A stretch of DNA of 55,677 nucleotides, the filler included, from Basidiobolus ranarum (taxonomy: Eukaryota): NCBI GenBank assembly GCA_040143965.1. It is 5 parts of 5 records of this genome, joined end to end, with 100 filler letters (N's around TTAATTAATTAA, not from the genome) between each part and the next. Parts side by side here need not be neighbours in the genome. Positions count along the whole stretch, not along the records: positions 11,177 to 22,236 come from JASJQH010000641.1; 4 more parts are not named here. One strand, written 5' to 3'. The notes below the pieces were generated by a model, which was given only the letters and a program-made list of their open reading frames with translations, did not search any database and was not told where the DNA came from. Shown here piece by piece: positions 11,177-22,336 of the stretch. The stretch's first letter is position 1. Every line of letters starts with the position of its first letter. The position numbers and the translations under genes are program-made.

Positions 11177-14100
11177 CAAAGATTGCAGAAAACGGGATTT
11201 TTGATGAAAAGCTAAAGTTGGAACCAGCAAATGAAGTCAGCACTATTGGGGATCATCTATTGGTGTCTGCTCTATCAGTAACCACTAAGCAAGACTCAGA
11301 AAAGTGGTTTATTGATTCAAGTGCCTCTTAGCCTATGCCAAATAAGATAAAATTGGTTTTCTAGCTTAAAACATATCCAAATCAGGAAAGTCTACTTAGA
11401 TGATGACTATCCACTAGATGCAGTTTGTTTGGCTTAGCAGCTGGGATCAAAATGCAAAACTAATACAAGCTAAAAACAACAAATTGCATTCTGAGCATTC
11501 AGACTTGGCCAAATCTGATGTAGCAACCTGTCAAATTTGGCATAAAAGATCAGGCAATATTGGGGATCAAAAACTGATGAAAATGATTCAAAATATGCTG
11601 CTTTTGGGCTTAAAAATCAAACATGTCACCAAATGGAATCTGTGTGAAGGTTGCTTTTATGTAAATCATCACAGAGAGCCTTTTTAAAGCCTTGACGGGA
11701 GCAAGTCCACTCAAAACTTTGCCCTGATTCATTCTGACCTATGTGGACCCAATCATATGGCTCACTAAGTGATCAAAGGAACTCTATGACCTTGATTGAT
11801 GACAAAACAAGATATACTTGAGTATTTTTTCTCAAATCAGAATATGAAGCCTTAGCTGCATTCAAGCTGTACAGAGCAAAGATGGAGAAAGAATTACCAC
11901 AAAAAATATGGGTACTAATTAGTGAAAATGGTAGTGAATTCTGCTCTAAAGACTTTGACATTTTTGTTCTAAATATGGACTTAAGCAACAAACTATTGTA
12001 CCTTCTACTCCACAGAAAAATGAAGCTGAAGAATGTGCTAATAGAATCATAGTGGAGATGGCAAGATCAATGTTACATGATCAAAAGATAGTTTACCAAT
12101 ATTTGGCTCAATCTGTCTCCACTGCTGTCCTTATTACCAACAGATGTCTAACAAGATTGATACAAGGTTCTATTCCATTTGAAGCCCCATGTGGATCAAA
12201 ACACAGTGTGGATCATCCCCGGATCTTTGGTTGCAAAGCATATTGCCCAATTTCAGGTCAAAAATGCTCTAAACTGTATCCTCAAAGCCAAATTGCATAT
12301 TTCTTGGCTACAGACTGTTTGACACCACAACTGAGAGGTTAGCCAAGAGCAGAGATGTGATTTTTGATGAAAAAGCTTATTGCTATCTCAAATTACACTT
12401 CTTGATGCAAAAAACACAATCAGCACTATTCAAGAATTATCCAACAAATTTCCAGCTCTATCCAAGCCAAATTTAACCAACTCTGGCCCCAATTACACCC
12501 ATGGATAAATGAGAACCTAGATGATCACCCAGACAGAGAAATGAGCCAGGCTGCTGGTGGAATACTTCCAATGATGATGTCTATGATGATGCAACATTCA
12601 ATGATGAGCCAGAGACTTTAGATCAAGCTATGGATAAGCCATTAGATCATTCCAAGCATTCTTAGCCATCCATAACCTTGATAAACATCTAATGGATGTG
12701 AAATTGACTTCACAAATGGAATTCTAAAAGAAGAGATCTATGTGAAGCAACTGGAACAATTTATTGACCCATAACCACCTGGTATGGTCTGTATGCTGCA
12801 ATAATTGCTATATGGACTCAAGCAGGAGCCCAAGGGATGGTACAGTCAGATTGATACACATTTGGAATTATTGTAATTCCAAAAAGGTACAGCATATCAC
12901 AGTATATACATCAAGACTACAGCAAATTAGAACCGTATCTTGGCACTATTTGTGAATGGCTTGATTGTAGCCCTAAATGCTCTAGAAGCACTTAATTGGA
13001 TGAAAAGCAGCTTATCAATCCTATTACAGATGACAGATATGGGTGAGTCAAGGAATTTTCTTAGAAACCAAATCAAGAGAAATAAACCTATTAATTAATC
13101 AGGCTGAATAGGTTTGGATACATTCTAGGCACTCTAAAGTGATTTAGAATCAAGAATAGTAAGTCTGTATCAATGACAATGCATCTCAATGTGAAATAAA
13201 TTAAAATAGCATCCAATTTGTCCCAAATTGACCAAAACCAAAGCCAGGAGTTCCCTTATCAATTCATGGTGGGTAGCTTAATGTATACAATGGTTAAAAC
13301 ATCTTCACACATTGCTGTGGAAGTGGGAACTGTCAGCCATTATCTCAAAGATCCACCATGTGAGCACAAAACTGCAGTAAATTAAATATTCAGGTAGTTG
13401 AGAGAAACTGTGGATCTAGTTTTGGAATATTGTGACACTTGTGCTACACAAGTGTTTGAGGGCTACAGTCATGCAGACTGGAGAAGAAACCTTGGTGATG
13501 GAAGATCAACCACTAGGTACACCTTTCTCAATAGTAATGAAGCCTTAACTTAGATTAGTAAGGAGCAACTGACTGTGCCACTTTTAACTATCAAAGCAGA
13601 GCATATGGCTGCCACTGCTACTACAAAGAAAGCTACATGGTTCAAGAAGTTATTTTCAGACTTAAGATGCATGCAAAAATTTGCTCTGATGGTATTTGAA
13701 TAAAGTCCAAGTTGCGTTTCATAAGCTAAAAACCCTATATTTTGAGGTAGAACAAAACATAAATATCATTAGGCACCATTTGGTTAGATAATTAATAGAG
13801 AACAATATCATTACACTTGTCTATTGCCCTGTGGAAGAGAGTAGTGCTGACATCTTAACCACACCATGAGCCAAAAAATAATATGAATCATTAATATTTA
13901 AGTTCAGTTTAAGAGAACTACCAAAAAATTAGTTGAGTAGAAAGTTGGATTTAGGTAAATAGCACTTATTGCTTGGTAATTGGTTTATTCTTATTCTGTT
14001 TATTTAGCATTCATTCCTGCCACTCAAAAACATGTGTTTATTATCCTAATTGATACAAATATTAATTAGAACACTTTCACCACTCTTTACTACCTTCTCA

Positions 14101-14293
14101 AATCTTCTCTAAATCACCTCAAATTTTCACACATGCTTAACAAGCATTCTTATTATCATCTCAGCATGTTCGATAGTTGTATTTCATAGTAAACTATAAG
14201 CAGGACACATTCAAGGCCATAAAACCTAAGTGTCTAAATGCCAAATCCAATTCTTGCCCAAAACACTTCCAAATTCCCTAAACACTTTAATCA
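11177..14293 (+). mobile_element. Decayed Copia element (PR-IN-partly deleted RT-RNase H-PPT-3' LTR family A at ~13943-14293)
   Basis: Fragments WFIDSSAS, IHSDLCGP, TPQKNEAEECANRIIVEMARSMLHD, RIFGCKAY, YQFMVGSLMY, GYSHADW and SADILT in Copia domain order. A purine tract is followed by a ~350-bp LTR ending TTAATCA. Confidence 0.9.
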
Positions 14294-15057
14294 AATAATC
14301 TAGTTTTTCTTGTTTTGTCATCAATAAAAGTCATAAAGTGCCTTTTGCCACCTAGTGTGATGTTTTCATACATAACTCAGAATGCAACAAAGAAACATTC
14401 CAAGTGAGGTTTATCTCTCACAAGCTTGAAAAGAGCTATTGGTAATGTTTTCCATATATGCAACCATTATGCAGATCCAATTTGGAATATTCAAAGTATC
14501 TAAGCATGTAACTAGTGGATTGCTAATCATTTGGGTATGTTTTGTTTTCCAATATGGCCTAATCTTTAATGTTATTTATGTCTGCTTATTTCACTGGTTT
14601 TGGCCAGTTTGCTTGTTCAGAATGGAATTTGCTGAATGCTAGCTTGATATGCTTACAGTTTTGATCCTAGTAGTTAATTTAGTATCATTCTTATCTGCAA
14701 TAGAGCATCCAGCCTTGTAGAGCACAAACCAAGTCATTGAGCTGCTGGTTGGCTTACTGAGAGTAGATTTATGGTGATATTTGATTCACAGAGTACAGCA
14801 TGCTTTTTGCCAATGGTGTAGCTGCATTTTATCCTTGATTGAGCACAAGTGTGCACTGACCAACTGCATCTAGTGCACAGTAACTTACTAAATAGATCTT
14901 TCTTGTTTTGTTGGGTTTTAAGCTTGAAAACCAATCTTTCTTGTTTGACATATGCTGCAAAGCTTCTAAGATAATATATCACATTTCTGAGTCATCCTTT
15001 GTGGTTGCATATAGGAGAGACACAAGAAAATGATCTTGTTCAGTGCTTACTTGTCTA
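14294..15057 (-). mobile_element. Inverted Copia fragment (protease to integrase N-terminus)
   Basis: The reverse complement resembles 16210-17290. For example, off-frame YVKQERLVFKLKT matches YVKQERLVFQLKT at 16269-16538. Confidence 0.8.
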
Positions 15058-18000
15058 TATTGAAATCAGGTAAGTAGCAACTCATTATTTAGTAGTTAGT
15101 TTGTTCATATTCTGATTATTTAATACTCAATTCTGTCATTTAAAAACATGTGTTTATTGCTCTAATTGATAACAATATCAATTGGATCACTTTTATCCAT
15201 TTTCACAATTTTCTCAAGACTTCTCCAAATAACCAGAAGTTTTCACCCATGCTTAACAGGCATGTTTGTTATTATCTAAGCATGACCAATAGTTCTATTT
15301 CATAGTAATCTATAAACAGAACATATTCAATTCAACACAACTTAAGTTACTAATTCACACCTTCAAATCTTGTCCAAAACAGTTCTAAATCTCCTAAACA
15401 CTTTTATCAGGTCATAAGCCCCAAGCTTGCTATTAATGGAATGTCTACTAGTGTATTATCAATATTTTCACATGCACAAAGAAGTTAGATGGTAAAGACT
15501 TTGACCTTTGGATGTTAAACATGCAAATGGTGCTGGAAGACAAGGAGCTTTTGAGATTGTTACAGGAGAAGAGATAGAGCCAAGAGACCACCAGAAGCTA
15601 TCCTTGCCTTTCACAAGGAGCAGGGGAAAGCATTCTCTACACTTTGCCTACAACTTGGAGACTCTCTATTGAGACACATACATTCAGCTAAAAACAACTA
15701 AAATGCTTGAGAACCACTTAAGGGACTATATGAGACAAAAAGTCTGGCTAATAGGATATATCTTAGGTGAGAATTATTCTCAATTCAGATAAAAACTAAC
15801 AATTCTATACTTAATCATATTTATGGGATAAAACTAAGGCCAATCAGCTTTCATCCATTGGAGCACCCCTAAATGAAGATAACCTAGTCATGACACTACT
15901 TGGTAGCCTGCCAGACAAACTTGGGAGCCTTATAAATGCACTGGAATCAAGATCAGAGCCATTAACAATGGAATATATAGGTGCTAGGATTTTGAATGTG
16001 GAATTAAGGAGATCTAACTCTCAGCAAAATAATGCACAACAGGCCTTTTTTGGAGCTGTAACATGTCCAACAGGCTTCAATAATGGTGCTCCTAGTAGGA
16101 AATCAATCATCTGCAAGTATTGCAGGAAACCAGGCCTTCTTATCAAAAATTGTAGAAAAGGATTTTTGCTGAAAAGCTAAAGTTGGAATAAACAACTCAC
16201 AGAATCACTGATAGGGATCATCTATTTGTGTCTGCCCTATAAACAACCACCAATGAACACTCAGAAATGTGGTACACCAATTCTGGAGCTTCCCAGAATA
16301 TGTCAAACAAGAGAGATTGGTTTTCCAGCTTAAAACCTATCAAACAAAGAAATTCTACCTAGGTGATGACTATGCTCAAGATGAAGTTGATAAGGGTGCA
16401 GTTGTATTCAATTTAGACCAAAATTCATCTACACCATCTGCAAAATTGGATGATGCACTCTATGCACCAAATATAGCCTGGAATCTACTCTCAGTAAGCC
16501 AAGCAACACCTCAAGTACTAAATTTTGTGCTCAGCTAGGCTGGATGTGTTGAAATTAGGTAAATAACATCTCTTTTTTAGGTAGTTAGTTTGTTCATATT
16601 ATGATTATTTAGCACTCAATTCTGTCATTTAAAAATGTGTGTTTACAGCTCTAATGGACAAAAAATCAATTTGATCACTTTTACCAATTTTCACTATCTT
16701 CTCAAAACTTCTCCAAATCACCTCAAATTTTCACCCATGTTTAACAGGCATGTTTGTTATGATCCAAGCATGTCCAATAGTTCTATCTCAGAGTAAACTA
16801 CCAATAGGACATATTCAATTCAATAAAACTTTAGTGTCTAATTCACAAATCCAAATCTTGTTCAAAACAATTACAAATCCCCTAAACACTTTAATCAGGA
16901 TGCACTATCACAGATCTGAATATTACCAAATTAGCCACTGGGATCAAAATGCAAAACTTATTGAAGCTAGATATCAACAAGTTGCATTGTGAGCATGCAA
17001 CTGTAGCCAAAACCTGTGAAAAAAGCTGTCAATCATGGCATAGAAGATTAGGCCACGTTGGGGAGTAAAAATGGACCCCAATGATCTGAAATCAGCATGT
17101 TTCATGATTATAAATTGAGAATATCTCCAAATTGGATCAATGCAAGGTTCTCTATGTGAAACATCACAGACTGCAGTTTTCAAGCTCTGTAGAGATCAAA
17201 TCCACTTGGATTTTGGCTTGATTCATTCAGATCTATGTGAGCCCGTGCAAAACAACTCACTAGATGGGAAAAGGTAATTTATGAACTCTATTGATGACAA
17301 GATGGGATATTATGAAGCATTCCCAAGCAATGGTAGAGAAAGAATCAGCACAAACAATAAGGGTACTAAGGAGTGATAATGGTGGAGGACACCACTCTAA
17401 AGACTTTATTAGTTTTTGTTCTAAACATGGAATTAAGCAACAAACTACTGTATCTTATACTCCACAGCAAAATGGAGTTGCAGAATGTGCTAATATGACC
17501 AAAGTGGAGATAGCAAGATGAATGCTACATGATCAAAAGCTAGACTACCAATATCAAGCTGCATCTGCCTCCACTGCAGTCTATATTAAAGACAAATGCC
17601 TAAAAAGATTGCTACAAACTTCTACTCCATTTGAAGTCCTATACACATCAAAATCAAGTGTGAATTATCTCTGGATCTTTGGTTGCACTGCCTATTGCCT
17701 AATTGCAGCTCAAAACTGCAATATTGGAATCCAAAAGCAGAAAATGCATATTTCTTGATTATTGCAGTGAATCTAAGGCCTATAGACTGTTTGATACCAA
17801 AAATTAGAAGTTAATTAAGTGCAGAGATGGGATTGTTGATGAGAAAGCAAATTTTTCAACTCAAATCACAATACCCGTGCCAGAAAACACAATCAGGACT
17901 ATTCTGGAAGTGTCTGACAGAATTCCAGCTGTATCTGAGCCCTATTCAATCAAAATTTTAGTCTCAATTACATCAGAGAATGATTCAGGGCCTAAAAGAT

Positions 18001-18642
18001 CATAAAGAAGGAGAAATAAGCTGGGAAACTATTGGAACATTTCCAACAATGATGCATGCTTATGTAGCATTCTGTGATGAGCCACAGACTTTGAATCAAG
18101 CTCTGGAGTGTTCAGAACAAAAGTCATGGGAAAAAGCAATGTTTGATGAGCTTTTTTCACTTCAGGAAAATAAAACATTGGTTCAGGGAGAAAGCCAACA
18201 GGTTGCAAATGTGTCTACAAGGACAAAACTCAGTTGATAGAATCATAGAAAGGTAAAAAGCAAGATTAGTTGCCAAAGGTTATTTCCAGACTCCAAGAGT
18301 TGATATCAATTCAAACTTTGCTGTAGTGGCCAAGTTTAGCTCCAGTATATCAATCCTGGCACTCTCAGTCATCTGTAACCTTGATTTACATCAAGTGGAT
18401 GTAAAAACAGCCTGTCTGAATGGATATCTAGAAGAAGAAATCTATATGGAGCAACCAGATGGATTTGTTGACTCAAAACACCCTGATATGATCTGTAAAG
18501 TGCAAAAATTGCTATATGGACTCAAGCAAGCACACAGTGCATGGTGAAACAATGTAGATACCTATATGGACAGCAGATCACAATATCTACATCAAAACAA
18601 CTCTTGTCCAAGACACTTCCAAATCTCCTAAACACTTTCATC
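15058..18642 (+). mobile_element. Decayed Copia element: 5' LTR-A (15058-15409), PBS, gag, PR, IN, partial RT, ending in an LTR 3' fragment
   Basis: The LTR ends TTTTATCA followed by GGTCATAAGCCC. Motifs include CKYCRKPGLLIKNC, VLRSDNGG...YTPQQNGVAE and LHQVDVKTACLNGYLEEEIYMEQPDGF...LYGLKQA. Confidence 0.92.
16547..16897 (+). repeat. Nested solo LTR (family A) with 5-bp TSD GGATG
   Basis: Reads GGATG|TGTTGAAATTAGG...TTAATCA|GGATG. The uninterrupted site GCTGGATGCACTA is present in another copy near 49108. Confidence 0.92.
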
Positions 18643-18867
18643 AGTTTGGCTAGTTCCTGCTTTAGCTTTTTAACCAAATATTTCTTACAAAAAGATTTGA
18701 CTAGATGACCTGGTTTCTTGCAATATATGCAGATGAATGATTTCCTATTAGTGGCATCATTGTTGAAGCCTGTTTGATGTTTAACAGCTCCAAAAGATGC
18801 CCAATCTGCATTATTCATTCACAAGCCTGGTTCAGAGCAATAAGCACATGTTTGTGAATGGCAGAAT

Positions 18868-19149
18868 TATTGAAATTATTTAGGGAAAAATATTGGTCTG
18901 GCCATGATTTAAACCTAGGACCTCCTTCACTCTAGCAAGGTGCTCTAACCACTGAGTTACCAGTCCTTGTATTCTATGCCTATATAACTAGGGAACCTTA
19001 ACCTAGTCTGTCAATGTATGGTACTTTGGCATTTCAGCCATACAAGCAACTGATTGGCCTTGGACTTTGTGTTCAGATGCAATCACCATACACTGTATTT
19101 TCCTCTTTGGGAATTACTGCTTGTACCACAAGTCTCTAGACTTTCAACA
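18868..19149 (-). mobile_element. 282-bp solo-LTR-like insertion carrying a tRNA-like cassette, 5-bp TSD AGAAT
   Basis: Reads AGAAT|TATTGAAA...TTTCAACA|AGAAT, with 7/8-matching inverted termini. Removing it rejoins the LTR-A sequence (GCACTCTATTCT-GCCATTCACAAACATGTG on the minus strand). Confidence 0.85.
18894..18966 (-). tRNA. Degenerate tRNA-like sequence (73 nt, nominal anticodon AGA) inside the LTR-like element; probably not a functional tRNA
   Basis: GGACTGG TA ACTC AGTGGTTA GAGC A CCTTG CTAGAGT GAAGG AGGTC CTAGG TTTAAAT CATGG CCAGACC A folds as a cloverleaf with about one mismatch per stem. It has an A box and a decayed B box, and is followed by TTTTT. Confidence 0.7.
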
Positions 19150-19239
19150 AGAATAGAGTGCAAAATAATTGAATTTGAATAAACTAACTGCTAAAAAATG
19201 TGCTGCTATTTACCTAATTTTCAACAATCTCTTCAACAT

Positions 19240-19830
19240 GATCAGCTGATTCTTGACTGTGTTACAGGTGAGCCATCAGGGGACTTGCAAGATACTTTTG
19301 GTAACTGATGGCCATATTGTGTAATACACAGAATGTTTCAATGCCTTTCAAAAAGTGCCAAAATCTTAAACAAAATTGGCTTCCAAGCAAAAGGCTGCTG
19401 GCAGGAATGGAAAAAACCAGCAAAAACAGAAACCTCAGTTGATGAGCAGTCTAGTGTTTCACTCTCCACTTTGGAAGGCATGAACATGCTTGTAACTACC
19501 TCAAGTAACAATAAAACATTATTGAATTGACCAGATGTCTTCCTTTATGGCAACAGTACAATTGACTAGGCTGCAATTGCCCAATTACATAATATATAAC
19601 AATTGAGTAAAGCATTACAGAAAAATAGTCAAGACCAATAACTTCAAAAACGCTTAATTTGCCCACTGTCAAAGACCCCTCTGTGTGTAATTCAGACAAA
19701 GTTATTACAACAATGCAATTTCAGGCAGAATACCACAATATTTTGTATGTTATTAAAAGTAACAACAGAAAGGTGCTCCATTGGCTGGGTAAACAATATC
19801 ACAATTAATGCAGCATTCTGAAGCTACTAG
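19240..19830 (+). repeat. Unclassified dispersed repeat with decayed coding potential (copy 1)
   Basis: Colinear similarity to the reverse complement of 54430-55075, with shared blocks such as CAAGCAAAAG, TCCACTTTGGAAGGCAT, AGTTATTACAACAA and CAATTAATGCAG. Confidence 0.7.
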
Positions 19831-20869
19831 TCAACAGTTAGAGAGTCACTGAACAATGATAAAAGAACTTGAGAATGCTGCACTTGAGCCACAGTGACAT
19901 GCTGCACCCTCCATCTATTCTCATACAGGACTCCAATGAATCCCACACCATACATTTAAACAACACTATGATAATCTAACAGAGCAGAATATGTGTTAGT
20001 AGGGGGCATGTATCTAGAAATCTTATAGGAAACCAGCAACCCAAGGATCTTGAATGTTAGAGCTGATGTTACTTGCTCTGCTCATAAATGGTTTGACATT
20101 TTGGAAACTGCATAGAATTGTGACCCGAATTACCTGGATTTGAGCAGATTGTGGAAAAACCAAAGACCAAACATTACTTAGAAGATTCTTAACTTATTTC
20201 TTGTGTCTTATCCTGGTTATTGCATGCAAATAGCAAAAGAGCTAGTGTAGGCCTCTTCAAGATACAGCTCATAAGTGTATGCAATTATTGACTTGGAAAA
20301 GAAAGAAACCCAGCCAAAGTCTTACTCAAGGAGCAGGAAGCTTGTAAGCCCCGTGGAAGAGCAAATAAACCAGTAATATAGGCGCTATTGTTCCACTTTT
20401 TTTGGGAGCTCACTAAGTCCCTCTTATATCCCATGGGTTTACTTCTTTCTTACTATTATGATACTGTTTTAGCTTCTTTTCTTTGTTTTCCTGGTCACTA
20501 ATACTTATTTTCCTAAGATATTCTATGGATAGGCATGTAGTTGCTCAATTACCTTGTGCTCAATAGAAACCGGGATATGCCATGAGTTAGAGGCTATAAC
20601 TATTATGAGTAATACCTGGCTTCAGGTTTTTGTGGGGCCTATTCATGTTGAAGTAAATTTAGGCAAGATTCCACCCAGCTTGCCAGATATTAAATCACTC
20701 ATCAGACTTGTTTGATTTGTTGGGTCAGATTGGGCCACCTGAAAAGTGTGCCAGCACCATTTGATGCAAATAGATTCTGGTCAGCACAATATTATATACC
20801 AATTCCAAAGTTGTTGTCTTACTTGGTTGACATACTCAGCATAGCTGCTGTTAGACATTATAGCCAATT

Positions 20870-21352
20870 CTAAACATGATTAAAGCTTAATTCATGGTGT
20901 TTTAAGTCAAGAGCTTTTAACGGATATTTTTGAGTAAGAAGACAATGAGAATTATTCAAGATTATGACTACTTTGCCCAACTTTGACTGGAAGCTACAAA
21001 ATGATCTTCCTCTATACTTTCCTGTTACAATGCTGAATCTCTTCAGGAAGCTAAAGCAATGCTCTACTCTTGCTCTAAAATTAGAAAGAATATCTTTATA
21101 AGGTTTTGCCTTTCTGTAAGTATTGCTCTGCTGGGCATCTTGTTAGCTTTGATACATCTTCACATTCTGCATTCTTCCCCTATATGTGCCAGATCTGCCA
21201 TAGTCTTCTCATGTTTCACAAATGGTGCATACAGCTTTACCAGAAGCCAGTTGTCAAGTGGTCTGCTTGATGGTGGCCCACCTTACAACACAATCTCTCC
21301 TTTTCAGTCTGTGACAGCATGTAACTCTATGCAATCAGTTTTCAATTGCCAG
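20870..21352 (-). pseudogene. PIF/Harbinger-IS5-like (DDE_Tnp_4) transposase C-terminal relic
   Basis: Minus-strand translation gives AVTD*KGEIVL*GGPPSSRPLDNWL...EKTMADLAHIG...KMPSRAILTERQ, a frameshift, then DILSNFRARVEHCFSFLKRFSIVTGKYRG. Its 5' part is cut by an LTR at 21353. Confidence 0.75.
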
Positions 21353-22236
21353 TGGTGAAATTAGGTAAATAGCAATTCATTATTTAGTTGTTAGTTTATA
21401 TATAATCTGATTATTTAGCGCTCAATTCTGCCTTTCCAAATTGTATTATCAATTAGATCACTTTTATCAATTTTCACTATTTTCTCAGAATTCTCCAAAA
21501 CACCTCAAATTCTCACCCATGCTTAACAGAACTGTTGGCTATGTTTTGAGCATGTCCCCTAGTCCTATTTCATAGTAAATTATTAATAGGATATAATCAA
21601 TTCAACAAAATGGAAGTTTCTAATTCACAGATACAATTATTGTCCAAAACATTTCCAAATCCTGTAAACACTCGTATCAGGTTATAAGCCCCAAGCTTGC
21701 TGTTAATGGAATGTCTACTAGTGCTATTATCAAAATTTTTGCATGCACAGAGAAGTTTAATGGTGAAGACTTTTACCTCTGGGAGTTTAAGATGCAAATG
21801 GTACTAGAAGAAAAGGACATTTGGGGATTTGTCACTGGAGAAGAAATAGAGCTAAAGGGAACACCAGAAGCTATCCTTGTTTCTCACAAGAAGCAGAGGA
21901 ATGCTCTCTCTACGATTTGTCTACATCTCAGAGACTCTCAGTTGAGGCACACATAATCAGCTAAAAATGTCCAAAATCCTTGGGAAACACTTGAGGGACA
22001 ATATGAGACTATAAGTCTGGCTAATAGGCTATATCTTAGGCAAAAATTATTCCCAATTCACAAGAGTTCTGATGACACTATGCTTAATCATAAAAATCAC
22101 ATCAAAACTGTGGCAGATCAGCTCTCATCCATTGGAGCACCTCTAAATGAACATGACTTAGCCCTGAAATTACTTAGGAGCCTGCCAGACAAGGTTGGAA
22201 AATTCATAATTGACCTACATTCAAGAGCAGAGCCAT
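21353..22236 (+). mobile_element. Copia 5' LTR-A (21353-21679), PBS and gag, cut by the contig end
   Basis: The LTR is followed by GGTTATAAGCCC and gag EKFNGEDFYLWEFKMQMVLEEKDIW. Confidence 0.9.
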
Positions 22237-22336
22237 NNNNNNNNNNNNNNNNNNNNNNNNNNNNNNNNNNNNNNNNNNNNTTAATTAATTAANNNNNNNN
22301 NNNNNNNNNNNNNNNNNNNNNNNNNNNNNNNNNNNN
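22237..22336. other. Artificial contig linker
   Basis: N44-TTAATTAATTAA-N44. Confidence 0.98.

Larger units (their letters stand above)
18643..19226 (-). mobile_element. Inverted Copia debris: 5' part of LTR-A (18826-19226, interrupted) joined to a gag zinc-knuckle fragment (18643-18818)
   Basis: The minus strand starts TGTTGAAAATTAGGTAAATAGC at 19226. ORF 18522-18818 contains CIYCKKPGHLVKSFC. Confidence 0.8.

Noticed and set aside
18894-18966. Functional tRNA-Ser(AGA) gene
   Set aside because: There are mismatches in all four stems, a T-loop TTTAAAT, and no long variable arm as expected of tRNA-Ser. It also lies inside a mobile element. Kept only as tRNA-like.
13943-21679. Recurrent ~350-bp repeats considered as a CRISPR-like or regulatory array
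   Set aside because: They are Copia LTRs (TG..CA ends, PBS/PPT neighbours, a TSD), irregularly spaced, with no repeat-spacer periodicity.
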